In this document: positions 6,711 to 17,230 of the stretch, one piece after another
Position numbering within the stretch: position 1 is the first letter of the stretch
Layout: each line of letters begins with the position of its first letter
Origin: a virus
Lineage: Duplodnaviria; Caudoviricetes
Virus record (IMG/VR): IMGVR_UViG_3300033067_002352
Location: 1 to 42,231 of that record
Direction: 5' to 3' (one strand)
DNA: 42,231 bases
Position numbers and translations under genes: made by a program
Notes under the pieces: model-generated
What the model was told of the DNA's origin: nothing
Database searches by the model: none
Seen by the model: the letters and a program-made list of their open reading frames with translations, nothing else

Positions 6711-7949
6711 ATGAAGGTCGAAAAAGTAAAAATATCTGCAATAAAATTCAACCCTAATAACCCAAGAATTATTAAGGATGATAAATTTAAAAAACTTGTA
6801 GATAGTATAAAGCAATTTCCTAAAATGCTTGAAATGCGACCTATTGTGGTAAATAATGATGGTGTTGTGTTAGGCGGCAATATGAGGCTAAAAGCTAGCA
6901 AGGAAGCGGGATTAAAAGAAGTGCCTGTTATTTATGCCAGTGATCTAACCGAAGCCCAGCAAAAGGAATTTGTAATTAAAGACAATGCCAGTTTTGGCGA
7001 GTGGGACTGGGATATTCTTGCCAATGAGTGGGATACTGAACAGCTGGTTGAATGGGGTTTAGATATACCTGACTTTGCCACACAATCCAAAGAGGCCATT
7101 GAGGATGACTACGAAATACCGGATGAAATTAAAACAGATATTGTCTTAGGTGATTTATTTGAAATTGGGCATCATAGGCTATTGTGTGGCGATAGTACAA
7201 ATACGGATGATGTGGAAAGGCTGATGAATGGCAAGAAGGCAAACTTATTAATGACTTCGCCGCCATATTGGGTAGGCAAAGATTACGAAACACAAGATAG
7301 CGAGGAAGAGGTAGGCAAATTCATTGTTGAAATTGTGAATTCTTTCCTTTTGGTAATGCATGAAGATTATTCTCGAATTATCATTAACACAGGGACTGGA
7401 AGGGCTACCTCATTAAAAACAGAAAAGGAAACACGAGTTATTCTTTTGCTTGATAAATGGGTGAACGCTTTACTGTCTCACAACTGGAAGCTTAGATACA
7501 TAAGGCATTGGATAAAGGGCGGAGGATCATCAACGCCTCGTCGGCCAATTGATGACGTTGTTTTCTGCGGCATTGAATATCTGCTAACATTTTATAAATC
7601 TTCTAGCAAAAGTAGAGGTCAAAATAGAATTAGCGATACGTGGGCGCAGCAAAGTGATTGGACGGATATAAGCGGCGATAAGCAGGAAAATAAAGCAGGG
7701 TTTCTAGTGGAATTGCCGGCTAGATATATAAAACTCTATTCGTTAGATAGTGAAATAGTTTATGAGCCATTTGCTGGAAATGGTACTACAATGGTAGCGG
7801 CTCACCAATTGGATCGGAAATGCTATGGGATGGAGCTTGAGCCTAAGTATTGCCAAGTTATCATTGACCGTATGCTAAAACTCGATCCGAGTTTAGAAGT
7901 AAAGAGGAATGGGAAGCCTTATAAAATCAGCGAAAAAACAGCGAATTGA
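6711..7949 (+). CDS. ParB-like N-terminal domain fused to amino-type DNA methyltransferase
   Basis: NPNNPR...LGGNMRLKA; HRLLCGDS, TSPPY, EPFAGNGTT, GMELEP. Confidence 0.9.
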   Translation: MKVEKVKISAIKFNPNNPRIIKDDKFKKLVDSIKQFPKMLEMRPIVVNNDGVVLGGNMRLKASKEAGLKEVPVIYASDLTEAQQKEFVIKDNASFGEWDWDILANEWDTEQLVEWGLDIPDFATQSKEAIEDDYEIPDEIKTDIVLGDLFEIGHHRLLCGDSTNTDDVERLMNGKKANLLMTSPPYWVGKDYETQDSEEEVGKFIVEIVNSFLLVMHEDYSRIIINTGTGRATSLKTEKETRVILLLDKWVNALLSHNWKLRYIRHWIKGGGSSTPRRPIDDVVFCGIEYLLTFYKSSSKSRGQNRISDTWAQQSDWTDISGDKQENKAGFLVELPARYIKLYSLDSEIVYEPFAGNGTTMVAAHQLDRKCYGMELEPKYCQVIIDRMLKLDPSLEVKRNGKPYKISEKTAN

Positions 7950-8251
7950 AAAGAGGGCGTAACATAGCGAATATTGAGCCACATAAGTTCAAAAAAGGCC
8001 AGTCGGGCAATCCGAAAGGTAGGCCAAAGAAATTGCCTGCGCTTGATGTGCTTATGGCAGAGGTGCTGGGAGAAGAAAAAGATGGTATGACTGCGGCTCA
8101 GGCCATTTTAGCTGCGTTGAGAGCGAAAGCATCAAGGGGTGATGTAAAAGCAGCAGAGGTTTTGCTTGATCGTGCTTATGGTAAAGCGAAGCAGGATGTT
8201 AAGATAAACGGGAATATTCATCTGTCGGATCAGCCAATTGAATTTGAATGA
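7946..8251 (+). CDS. terS: Terminase small subunit (putative)
   Basis: FKKGQSGNPKGRPK motif; immediately upstream of TerL. Confidence 0.75.
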   Translation: MKRGRNIANIEPHKFKKGQSGNPKGRPKKLPALDVLMAEVLGEEKDGMTAAQAILAALRAKASRGDVKAAEVLLDRAYGKAKQDVKINGNIHLSDQPIEFE

Positions 8252-9594
8252 TAAAGGTAAGGACGCCAATTTCGCCATTAACAGGGGAAAGGCCGTTTAA
8301 GATTCTTTACGAATTACCGGAAGAAATAAATATTGTGGTTTGTATTGGTGGTAGGGGTGGAATGAAAACTCATGAGGCTTCAAAATTTATTGCCTTTCAA
8401 AGCACAATAAAAAAGAGGCGCTGCGTGGTACTTAGGGATGAAAAAGAATTGATTCGTGAATCAATATTAAATGAAGTTCTTTTAAGATACGATACGGCAA
8501 ATGCCAATGGTGCATTATCTGCCTTTTATGAAAGACTGGATACAGGAATAAAAGATAAGGCGACAAACGAAATGCTTGTTTTTACAAAAGGTTTTAGAGC
8601 GAGCAGGTCGGATAAAAAGGCTAATCTAAAATCAATATCAGATGTAGATATTGCTGTGATTGAGGAGGCTGAAGATATAAGGGATGTTGACAAATTTAAC
8701 ACATTTGCAGACAGCATACGAAAGCAAGGTTCTTTGATAATAATAATTCTGAATACCCCTGATATAAACCACTGGGTGATAAAAAGGTATTTCAATTTAG
8801 AACTGGTAGAGGACGGTTTTTATAAAATTATTCCAAAAGATATACCTGGCTTTTTGTGCATTCAAACATCTTTTGAGGATAACCCATATTTGCCGGATCA
8901 TATTGTAGCCAATTATCGCAATTATGGCAATCCTGAAAGCCATCTGTATAATCACTATTATTACATGACGGCTATAAAGGGATATGCAAGCACAGGCAGA
9001 AAAGGTCAGGTATTTACAAAAGCCAAGCCAATTACTCTTAAAGATTACATGGCTTTGCCTTATAAAGAAATGTATGGATTGGATTTTGGAACGGCATCAC
9101 CTGCCGGTATAATTGGGGTCAAGGTTTATAAGAATGAACTTTATGCAAGGCAGATCAATTATAAACCAATGAGTACGCTGGAATTAGCTAAGTTCTTTTG
9201 TGAATTAAGGCTTAGTGTTGCAGATGTGATAATCGCAGATAGCGCAGACCCAAAAAGCATAGCGAAGCTGAAGTCAGGTTATCGGGGTGACGAATTGAGC
9301 GAAGAGGAATTTTACAAACACCCTCAGTTAGCGGTAGGATTTAATATTAAGGCGGCGAAAAAGGGGACAGATAGCATAGAGTACGGCATAGGGTTGATAG
9401 ATAGCATGAATTTTAATGTAGTTGAAGAAAGCAAAGATTTTTGGAATGAGATATACAATTATGTGTATGCTCAGGACAAAAACGGAAATTATACTGATAG
9501 CCCAATAGATGATTTTAACCACTTAATTGATCCTTTGCGCTATGTGGTAATGGATGTTAAGGGTAAGAAAAGGCATGGCGTTATTGATGTTTAA
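8248..9594 (+). CDS. terL: Terminase large subunit (PBSX-like)
   Basis: GGRGGMKT Walker A, VIEEA Walker B, GLDFG, IADSADP, NHLIDPLRY. Confidence 0.95.
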   Translation: MIKVRTPISPLTGERPFKILYELPEEINIVVCIGGRGGMKTHEASKFIAFQSTIKKRRCVVLRDEKELIRESILNEVLLRYDTANANGALSAFYERLDTGIKDKATNEMLVFTKGFRASRSDKKANLKSISDVDIAVIEEAEDIRDVDKFNTFADSIRKQGSLIIIILNTPDINHWVIKRYFNLELVEDGFYKIIPKDIPGFLCIQTSFEDNPYLPDHIVANYRNYGNPESHLYNHYYYMTAIKGYASTGRKGQVFTKAKPITLKDYMALPYKEMYGLDFGTASPAGIIGVKVYKNELYARQINYKPMSTLELAKFFCELRLSVADVIIADSADPKSIAKLKSGYRGDELSEEEFYKHPQLAVGFNIKAAKKGTDSIEYGIGLIDSMNFNVVEESKDFWNEIYNYVYAQDKNGNYTDSPIDDFNHLIDPLRYVVMDVKGKKRHGVIDV

Positions 9595-9631
9595 ATAGTA
9601 AAAACTTTTCTGTTGTAAGTAACAGCAAGTT

Positions 9632-11326
9632 ATGATATTAGATTACAGTCAACTAAAATCAATTATTCTCGAGAATCCTAATAAGGGCATAATTGACGAA
9701 GGAACGAAATACTCTAAAGATATGCGTTTTCATTTGTATGGCGAACACAAATCGTCATACGTAAAGAAAATAGAGGGATTCGAAAAGAGTAATGCAGTTC
9801 GAGAGGAGTACACTAAAACAAATTGCGATCTTTTCGCCCGACTAGGAAGGCCAATAGATAAAGTCTATTCCGCTAAAGGGGGATCTGTTTATTACAATCT
9901 TCCTGATGAACAAGCAAAAAAAGCACAATTTTTATCAAATAATATCAGGAATGGGATGTCTGTAAAAAAGTGGGTTCAGTCAGTTTGGCAACCGCATCTT
10001 TTAGACGATCCATTTGGTTTGACTTTTATTGAAATATTACCAAAACAGGAAGCCGTTTTATCATTAAAAAAGGGGCATTCTTTCGTTTATCCGACTTACA
10101 AGCCTATTGGAACTATTTATGATTATTTGCCAAAAGGAAATAGGCTTGAATATGTTGTTTTTACGCTTACCAAGATTGAAAAAAAGGCTTTATCACTTGA
10201 TGAAAATGATATGATATTCCGAGTGGTAGATGATGCTTGCGACTATATTGTTAAGAAACACGGTAACGACATTTATATTTTCGACAATTTGACTTTGGAT
10301 AACTATTTCGGTGAAGTTCCGGCTATGGTCAATTCTGACATTATTGACCCTAAAAATGAAAACTGTGTTCTTTCATTTTATCACGATATCAAGGAGTTAG
10401 CTAACCAGTATTTGCTCAAGGGCTCTATCAAATCAATGCATGACTTTTATCATGGCTTCCCGAAGTACAGCGAGTTTGCCAGTCTTTGTACAACATGCAA
10501 CGGCATGAAGGTTATAAATGGAGAAAAATGTACATCATGTGATGGTGTTGGATTAAAGCCGATTTCTAAAGTAAGCGAGTCGAAGGTTCTTAGTTGGCCA
10601 GATAAAGATGATGCGGTTATATTGCCCTCGCAGATAGGGGCGTATATTTCCCCAGACAAAACCTATTGGGAGATTGCAACCACTGATTTGCAATCACTTG
10701 AAGATGCCATGTGTGTGACTTTGTGGGGAAGGCAAAGTAATTTAAAAACTCAAGGGATGTCAATTTCCGCTGACGGTTCAGCTAAAACTGCAACAGAAAT
10801 TATGGACGATATTAAGCCTGAAGCGGATAGGCTTCATGTTATATCCGACATGGCAGAGAAGCGGCATAAGTTTATTTTAGACTCCCTGATTAAAGTTCAG
10901 GTTTCGCCGGTATATCAAGGTAGTTCTGTGAACTATGGTCGTAGATACATGATTGAAAGCCCAGATTCTATTTGGGAGAAATATTCTGCTGCTCGTGCAA
11001 AAGGTGCGCCTCAAAATGTATTAGATGATTTACTAAATGAGTTCTACGAATCAAAATACCAAACTGATCCCGTAGCACTTGCGGTGGCAGTTAAATTAAT
11101 GTATGTCGAACCTTTTGTCCATTATACGGCGCAGCAATTGAAAGGTCTCGATGCATCGGAGGAGGATTATAAAGCCAAGCTATACTTCAGCGAATGGTTA
11201 GCAAATGTAGATGAAGGTGAATTGATATATGCTGAAATATCGGCCTTAAAACAAGCCCTATCAGATTATGTCTCTGCAAAGCAATTAGCTATTCCAGAAC
11301 AAAATCAAATAACAAATGCTGCATGA
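9632..11326 (+). CDS. Portal protein (putative) with Zn-finger insert
   Basis: 564 aa after TerL; KTATE motif; CTTCNG/CTSCDGVG. Confidence 0.75.
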   Translation: MILDYSQLKSIILENPNKGIIDEGTKYSKDMRFHLYGEHKSSYVKKIEGFEKSNAVREEYTKTNCDLFARLGRPIDKVYSAKGGSVYYNLPDEQAKKAQFLSNNIRNGMSVKKWVQSVWQPHLLDDPFGLTFIEILPKQEAVLSLKKGHSFVYPTYKPIGTIYDYLPKGNRLEYVVFTLTKIEKKALSLDENDMIFRVVDDACDYIVKKHGNDIYIFDNLTLDNYFGEVPAMVNSDIIDPKNENCVLSFYHDIKELANQYLLKGSIKSMHDFYHGFPKYSEFASLCTTCNGMKVINGEKCTSCDGVGLKPISKVSESKVLSWPDKDDAVILPSQIGAYISPDKTYWEIATTDLQSLEDAMCVTLWGRQSNLKTQGMSISADGSAKTATEIMDDIKPEADRLHVISDMAEKRHKFILDSLIKVQVSPVYQGSSVNYGRRYMIESPDSIWEKYSAARAKGAPQNVLDDLLNEFYESKYQTDPVALAVAVKLMYVEPFVHYTAQQLKGLDASEEDYKAKLYFSEWLANVDEGELIYAEISALKQALSDYVSAKQLAIPEQNQITNAA

Positions 11327-11523
11327 GAAAGGTGATACCATGTGGAGCAAGGGTCATTTTTGGTGGCAAGATGGAGGGTAATGTCACTGCAATTTGCATA
11401 AGATTTGAATTTGTTGAATACGAGGTATCATATTTATGGGATAGTGAATTAAAAAAAGTATGGCTGCATGAAACTCAGTTTGAGTTAGTTGATAAAAACA
11501 AAAAAAATTACAATAGGGTTTAA
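11323..11523 (+). CDS. Hypothetical protein
   Basis: 66 aa, ATGA overlap. Confidence 0.65.
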   Translation: MRKVIPCGARVIFGGKMEGNVTAICIRFEFVEYEVSYLWDSELKKVWLHETQFELVDKNKKNYNRV

Positions 11524-11553
11524 TAAAAGTATATAATTAAAAATAAAATAATA

Positions 11554-11805
11554 ATGGCAACAAAAAAACAAGCTGCTGCATCAGAAAATCAGGAAGCGCA
11601 GCAAAAAACAGAAAAAGCTCACTATCAGGAATGGATGGTAAAAATTAGTACAGTAAAAAAAGGTGGCGAAAATGTAAGGGAGTATGAAAAACTGAAAATC
11701 ATTCGCCCTGCTGTTAAGATAAGTGAAGATAGTGCTAACATTCTGAATGAAGGTGTGCTCTACGGAAACAATAATATCGCAAAGATGTATTTTCTGCCTG
11801 AATAA
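11554..11805 (+). CDS. Hypothetical protein
   Basis: 83 aa, A-rich leader. Confidence 0.75.
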   Translation: MATKKQAAASENQEAQQKTEKAHYQEWMVKISTVKKGGENVREYEKLKIIRPAVKISEDSANILNEGVLYGNNNIAKMYFLPE

Positions 11806-11822
11806 AAATTAAAATAATATTT

Positions 11823-12647
11823 ATGTTAAAAAAAGAAACTATTGAAAAAATAGCATCCATACTAAAAATAAAGGCAGCAGACTTGGATGCTGCAATTAAA
11901 AATGAGCAAGATATGGATTTGTTAATAAATGACAAACTGGCTTCTTATACCGAAGATGAAATTCAGCAATTGAAAAATAATGAATATAAATCCGGTAAAG
12001 AAAAGGGTGTTGAAATTGCGGTGAAGGAGGCAAAGGAGAAATACAATCTTGAGTTCTCCGGGAAAACAATTGACGGGCTTGTAGAGCATGCAAAAAAATC
12101 AGCTCTTGATGAAGCGAAAGTTAAGCCAGATCAAAGAGTCGATGATTTGGAAGGTAAGGTGAAGTCATTGCAACAAACCGTTTTAGATTATGAGCAAAAG
12201 ATGTCCGAAAAAGAGATGGAGGTTACTAATGTAAAGATAAATGGGGAGTTGCTTAAATATATTCCGTCTCTTGGTGAAGGTAGCCCTTCTTTGGGTGCAG
12301 ATGATATTATACAACTTATGAAGGGTAATGGGTATGATTTCAAATTAGAAAACGGATCAATTGTCCCATATAAAGACGGCAAACAATTGCAGGATCATCT
12401 TTCGAATGCAAGGATAGCAAAGGATGTTATTTCAGACTTTGTTAAAGAAAAAAAACTTATCCCAGAACAGTCCAGTATCCCTTCAGGCAGAGGTGGTTCG
12501 GACGGTAAGCCGGTAACGCAGTTCACGAAAATTTCAGAATTGAAAAAAAGCTACGAAGATCAAGGGAAGAGTGCTTTAGGTGTTGAATTTAGGCAAGCAG
12601 TTGAAAATGCAGTTAAAAATAATCCGGAATTTGACTTAAACAACTAA
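11823..12647 (+). CDS. Capsid scaffolding protein (putative)
   Basis: Charged coiled-coil, Gly-rich linker, precedes capsid gene. Confidence 0.7.
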   Translation: MLKKETIEKIASILKIKAADLDAAIKNEQDMDLLINDKLASYTEDEIQQLKNNEYKSGKEKGVEIAVKEAKEKYNLEFSGKTIDGLVEHAKKSALDEAKVKPDQRVDDLEGKVKSLQQTVLDYEQKMSEKEMEVTNVKINGELLKYIPSLGEGSPSLGADDIIQLMKGNGYDFKLENGSIVPYKDGKQLQDHLSNARIAKDVISDFVKEKKLIPEQSSIPSGRGGSDGKPVTQFTKISELKKSYEDQGKSALGVEFRQAVENAVKNNPEFDLNN

Positions 12648-12662
12648 TATATAACAATAATA

Positions 12663-12688
12663 CAACCCTGTTATTTCTGGCAGGGTTG
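12663..12688 (+). terminator. Hairpin after scaffold gene
   Basis: CAACCCTG-N10-CAGGGTTG; weak U-tract. Confidence 0.4.
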
Positions 12689-12763
12689 CACTAATTAATT
12701 TAGGAAAATTTTGCTAAAAAATTTGGTAGATAAAAAATAATTACTATTTTAGCATTACAATTC

Positions 12764-12858
12764 GCTCAAGGCAATGAGCAAAGGACTACATAAATAGATT
12801 GCGAGGTACAGCAATCGTGGCATTTTCCTCAAGGTACAGAGGTCTTACTTACAAGACC
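12764..12858 (+). promoter_or_regulatory. Structured capsid leader with tandem hairpins
   Basis: Four hairpins, two with RAGGTACA loops. Confidence 0.55.
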
Positions 12859-12865
12859 AATTTAC

Positions 12866-13885
12866 ATGGCAAATTTTAGTGTGTCGAACTTAGTGACCGC
12901 ACAAACAATGGTCAACGACATGTACGCAAAACCCGAAATGCGGATGAAACCATCTCCGGCATTCGGACTACTTGCTTCAAACGATAATTTTTTAGTAGTT
13001 GAAGCATCTACATTAAAAACAAGAGACGATAGGCCAATAGAAGCGCATTTATTGTCTCGTACAAAAAGAACTTCAGGCTCTTCTCGTACCCACAATCATA
13101 CTGGTACAATAGACGATTCTCAAAAGGTAACGCTTACTTGGACTACAAAGTCAGACAAGTTTGCAATCTCCTTGAAATTGCTGGATAAGTCAGTTTTCGA
13201 ATTTAATAAAGTGTTCGCAAATAAAATGGCACAAGCCTGCATGAACATTTTAGAAGACAAAGAAACTGAAGCTATTGCTTACTTATTAGCAGAAAGGGCA
13301 ACACAGCAACCCACTTTAAAAGGCGCATCATTCAATGGTGGTAATGATGCAGTGGAGATAACTGCTAATAACGCCAATTCTTTCTTGCAAAGGGTTAAAT
13401 CGGTTATGAAGCAAAATTACTTCTCCGGTCAACTTGATGTTATTTCAGATAGTTTGTTGCAAATAGTGTTTGATCAGCAAATAGCACAAGGCCAGGCAAA
13501 TGCAACCAATCTTCAATATCAATTCCCAAATCTAAACATTGCAGAGAGTGTAGAGTTGGAGGATGCAAATTATACTGGCGGTATTGTGTTAGCAATGCCT
13601 CAAGGATCAGTTTGCGCTCTAAACTGGATACCAAAGCAAAATCGTGAGGGCTGGGGCGACTTCAACAGTTATTTGGGTGGTTATAGCTATTTCACTTTCA
13701 TGGGGCATTTGTTTGCTGTTCATGGTTATGCGTCCCGTGCTGATACGAGTGCGTTGAATGGTGACACTCAGGATGTAACTATGGAGTTCGAGATTTCATT
13801 AGATAGCTCTTATAACAAAGCTCCATTGGATTATACAACTGGCCGTACTGATTCAGTAATCATAGAATTTGCTCAAGCAGGTTAA
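12866..13885 (+). CDS. Major capsid protein (putative)
   Basis: 339 aa, position after scaffold. Confidence 0.8.
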   Translation: MANFSVSNLVTAQTMVNDMYAKPEMRMKPSPAFGLLASNDNFLVVEASTLKTRDDRPIEAHLLSRTKRTSGSSRTHNHTGTIDDSQKVTLTWTTKSDKFAISLKLLDKSVFEFNKVFANKMAQACMNILEDKETEAIAYLLAERATQQPTLKGASFNGGNDAVEITANNANSFLQRVKSVMKQNYFSGQLDVISDSLLQIVFDQQIAQGQANATNLQYQFPNLNIAESVELEDANYTGGIVLAMPQGSVCALNWIPKQNREGWGDFNSYLGGYSYFTFMGHLFAVHGYASRADTSALNGDTQDVTMEFEISLDSSYNKAPLDYTTGRTDSVIIEFAQAG

Positions 13886-13911
13886 TTCATCACAATAAAA
13901 TAAAAATACAA

Positions 13912-14322
13912 ATGAAAAAAATATTTGCATTGATTGTGATGGGTATTCTACTTATCACGTCTAAGACAAAAGCCCAAACTGCAACATTACTTCCAATTGC
14001 TGTAGGTGATACTTTAACCAATACAGATACACTTTCAAAGGTATTAAAATTTACTGCCGGATATGAAGGGGTAATCATTCAGCCTGTGGTTACAAAGCTA
14101 TCGGGTACTGTTGCTGGAACGGCTTACCTATATCAAAGTACGAATGGAACGAATTATGGTTCTGCAATTGATTCTTTGGTATTGGCAAACGTATCTACAG
14201 CTCAGTCAGCACAGTGGTTTATAAACGCTCCTGTGAATGTGTATTATAAGATAGAGTTCATCTCATCAGGTACGCAATCGTATTTGCCGAGATTCTATTT
14301 TATTGCCCGAAAACACGATTAA
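13912..14322 (+). CDS. Signal-peptide protein in head module (decoration-like)
   Basis: MKKIFALIVMGILLITSKTKA|Q; beta-rich mature part. Confidence 0.75.
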   Translation: MKKIFALIVMGILLITSKTKAQTATLLPIAVGDTLTNTDTLSKVLKFTAGYEGVIIQPVVTKLSGTVAGTAYLYQSTNGTNYGSAIDSLVLANVSTAQSAQWFINAPVNVYYKIEFISSGTQSYLPRFYFIARKHD

Positions 14323-14341
14323 AGTTCTTTGAATAAAAAGC

Positions 14342-15679
14342 ATGTCAAAACCCATTCAAATAATAGTTGGCGGTGGTGGACAGTATGATCCTGTTGCAGG
14401 AACGACCGATTACAATAACCCTAATCTCAAGGGGGTGGACGGGTGGATTGAAAACGAAGGTTATGGGCCATGGAAGTATGAAGATTATCAAATTTTTGCA
14501 AACGGTGGATTTCGTTTATTAAACGGATTCAAGTTTGTTCAGGATGATGTTTTCTTCTTTCATCAAAGCGGGTTTTTATTTTCTACAACTACCGGCAGTT
14601 ATACGAATGGGTTTAATCTTTCTAAAGTATTAAGCGCTCTATTTGGAAGGGTAGGCTGGATGCAGCCATTAGGAACGGGTAACCCAGTTTTAAATGCGAA
14701 TAATCTATTAAGTAAGGGTGGCAGGTTTTTCAATGACAGCAGTTTTCATGCATTGGTAACATTGTTGAATATAAAATCAATAATGGAGGCCACAAATGCA
14801 TCTGATATTGACTTTAATACCTATATCGAACAATTGCAGAAGTCAATCATCATGCGTTGTTTGAATGGGGTATTTAATCCGCCTGAATATATCTGCCAAA
14901 GCCTACTTTATGATCGATGGGGGTATAACGATGCTCCAATTGTCAACAACAACAAGTTTGTTGGTGTTAGAATAAAAGTACCGCCTGTTGTTGATTTGGC
15001 CACTCAGATTGATAGCGTAGCTCTATACTTCGATACCGATGTAACATTCAGCCTCTATTTGTTCAATGATGTAAAAAAGGCACCGGTATGGATCGGCGAA
15101 GTAGATGCGGTTGCAAATACTCAAACCATCATAGCGCTGGATGACATTGTGCTTAATCACATTGGCGATGCCAACCATGGTGGTGTGTTCTATCTGGGGT
15201 ATTTCCAATCGGATTTGGGCGATGCAAAAGCGATTCGTGAAAATGATGTCACATTTAAGTGTAATGCTCCTTATGCTGCTATAATGGTTGAAGCGACAGA
15301 CCTTGGAGGCCATGAGTTTGATAAGCAGAATATTGGTTATAGCCTACAATCAAACGGACTTAATCCGCATCTTTCTGTTTTTCGTGACCATACCTGGCAA
15401 ATTGTAAAAAAAGCTTCATTGTTTGATAATGTCATTGGCTTGCAGATGGCTGCACAAATTGTAGAGCAGATCATTTTCAGCACTCGAAGTAATAAAGATG
15501 AGCGGGTTTTAAAAGAGCATACTGATAAAGCGATTGGTTACATGGAATTAAATGGTGTAATGCCAATTAGCGATAGCCCGCATACAACCGGGCTTAAAAA
15601 GCAAATTGCTCAGGAGTTGGCCAGAATGAAAGAGTCTTTTTTCCCAAAACAAAAAGCTATAACAGTAAATATATGCTAA
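14342..15679 (+). CDS. Virion structural protein (head-tail adaptor-like)
   Basis: 445 aa, synteny. Confidence 0.55.
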   Translation: MSKPIQIIVGGGGQYDPVAGTTDYNNPNLKGVDGWIENEGYGPWKYEDYQIFANGGFRLLNGFKFVQDDVFFFHQSGFLFSTTTGSYTNGFNLSKVLSALFGRVGWMQPLGTGNPVLNANNLLSKGGRFFNDSSFHALVTLLNIKSIMEATNASDIDFNTYIEQLQKSIIMRCLNGVFNPPEYICQSLLYDRWGYNDAPIVNNNKFVGVRIKVPPVVDLATQIDSVALYFDTDVTFSLYLFNDVKKAPVWIGEVDAVANTQTIIALDDIVLNHIGDANHGGVFYLGYFQSDLGDAKAIRENDVTFKCNAPYAAIMVEATDLGGHEFDKQNIGYSLQSNGLNPHLSVFRDHTWQIVKKASLFDNVIGLQMAAQIVEQIIFSTRSNKDERVLKEHTDKAIGYMELNGVMPISDSPHTTGLKKQIAQELARMKESFFPKQKAITVNIC

Positions 15680-16257
15680 TTGTCATTGACGATCCAAAAG
15701 GTGTTGATGTTCCGATCAGGAAGTTGCAGGAAAAACTTCATAATTCATTGATGGAGAAATGGGGGCTTGATGTAAATGATGAAGATCAAAATAAACAATA
15801 TGAATGTTATGGTCGCTGCTATCGCAATAAAAAAGATAATGGTTACATCGCTGAGGTTTATGCCGGATCGAATGAGTATAAAGAGGTCTACTGGAACGAT
15901 ACACTGAGCGCCATTAGTTTTTTTGGTATTGGTAGCGAAATAACACACGATATCGCTGAAAAAACGGATGTGCATTTAGTATTCTTTGTTAACCTGGCAA
16001 AATTAAAACCCGATTTGGCAAACAGGGCTGATGAAGAAATTCATTTGGATGTACTCAGTATTATCGGTGCCGGCTTATTTGGATTTGAATACAAGTCATT
16101 AACACTTTGGTTGGATAATGTTTTAAAGGAATATCCCGGCAGCCGTAGAGATGAAAGATTAAAATTTGTTGACATGCAACCAGTTCATTGCTTCAGAATA
16201 AACTTATCCCTCATATATAAAATAAATAATTGTTTCACTACACTAAAACTTAAATAA
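15673..16257 (+). CDS. Neck/tail completion protein (putative)
   Basis: 194 aa before the tail tube gene. Confidence 0.5.
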   Translation: MLIVIDDPKGVDVPIRKLQEKLHNSLMEKWGLDVNDEDQNKQYECYGRCYRNKKDNGYIAEVYAGSNEYKEVYWNDTLSAISFFGIGSEITHDIAEKTDVHLVFFVNLAKLKPDLANRADEEIHLDVLSIIGAGLFGFEYKSLTLWLDNVLKEYPGSRRDERLKFVDMQPVHCFRINLSLIYKINNCFTTLKLK

Positions 16258-16259
16258 TT

Positions 16260-17204
16260 ATGTCACTATCATTATGCACACAATCGGTTGACAATACGGG
16301 CGAATTAGCCTGTGACAAGTCACGGGGCGTACTTAAAAAATTGCTCATATTCAATGGCAATATTGAATCGGCAGACTATGTTGATCAAGATGCTTTTTTA
16401 GCAAAGCTCGTTGCAAATTCTAAGCTGTCAAAATCGGATTCTGATAAAGTCTTCGTTATCAACGAAGCTCAGGATTTAGCTGATTCTTCAGAGGCTAACA
16501 AAGAAGGTACGCTTAATCTTGGTTTTAAAACCGTTTTGCTGGAAGGCAAGCCGGCTTATAAAGTAAAATTCTTTGCAGGCGCAGACTTATTAAAGCGTCT
16601 TCGCACATTCAATAACCAAACCATTCGAATTATCGAATATGATGCTAATGGTGTTTTTTGGGGTACAAAATCAGGGTCAAATTTCAAAGGATTCCAGGCA
16701 AAACTTTTCTTCACAGGTAATAAAATTGCCACTGGTCAAAACGTGGAAGAAGGTGTTGTTGAAGTAACGGTGGCTATTCTAAGTACCAGCGAATATTTCG
16801 ATAACGACTATTGGGTTGAGTCATCAGGCAATGTTGAAGACATCGTAGGTTTAATTGATGTAAAGCTGATTAAAATATCCAATGTCTCTAATGTTTATAA
16901 AATTGGAATGGAAATTTTCGGTTCTAATTTGATCGAGAACTACAACATATATGATGACTACGGAACGGAAATAGCAGCCTTAACATTTACCGCCGGTACG
17001 GGTACCAATTACGGAACTCCGCTTACCATTACGTCTGTTGCCGCAGATGCTAATCTTAAGTGTTTGACTGTAACTTTTGATAATGTTGAATATACTGCTC
17101 TTGCTGGTGGAACGGTCATTAAGTTAACTCCGCCAACGCCTACTGTGCTGGATGCAGCAGACGTTACTAACATTGAGCTACTTCCTGTTTTATTAACTAA
17201 ATAA
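16260..17204 (+). CDS. Major tail tube protein (putative)
   Basis: 314 aa, N-terminal C..NTG...C, Thr-rich C-terminus, synteny. Confidence 0.65.
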   Translation: MSLSLCTQSVDNTGELACDKSRGVLKKLLIFNGNIESADYVDQDAFLAKLVANSKLSKSDSDKVFVINEAQDLADSSEANKEGTLNLGFKTVLLEGKPAYKVKFFAGADLLKRLRTFNNQTIRIIEYDANGVFWGTKSGSNFKGFQAKLFFTGNKIATGQNVEEGVVEVTVAILSTSEYFDNDYWVESSGNVEDIVGLIDVKLIKISNVSNVYKIGMEIFGSNLIENYNIYDDYGTEIAALTFTAGTGTNYGTPLTITSVAADANLKCLTVTFDNVEYTALAGGTVIKLTPPTPTVLDAADVTNIELLPVLLTK

Positions 17205-17230
17205 TTTATTAAAAATCAAAATTAATTATA

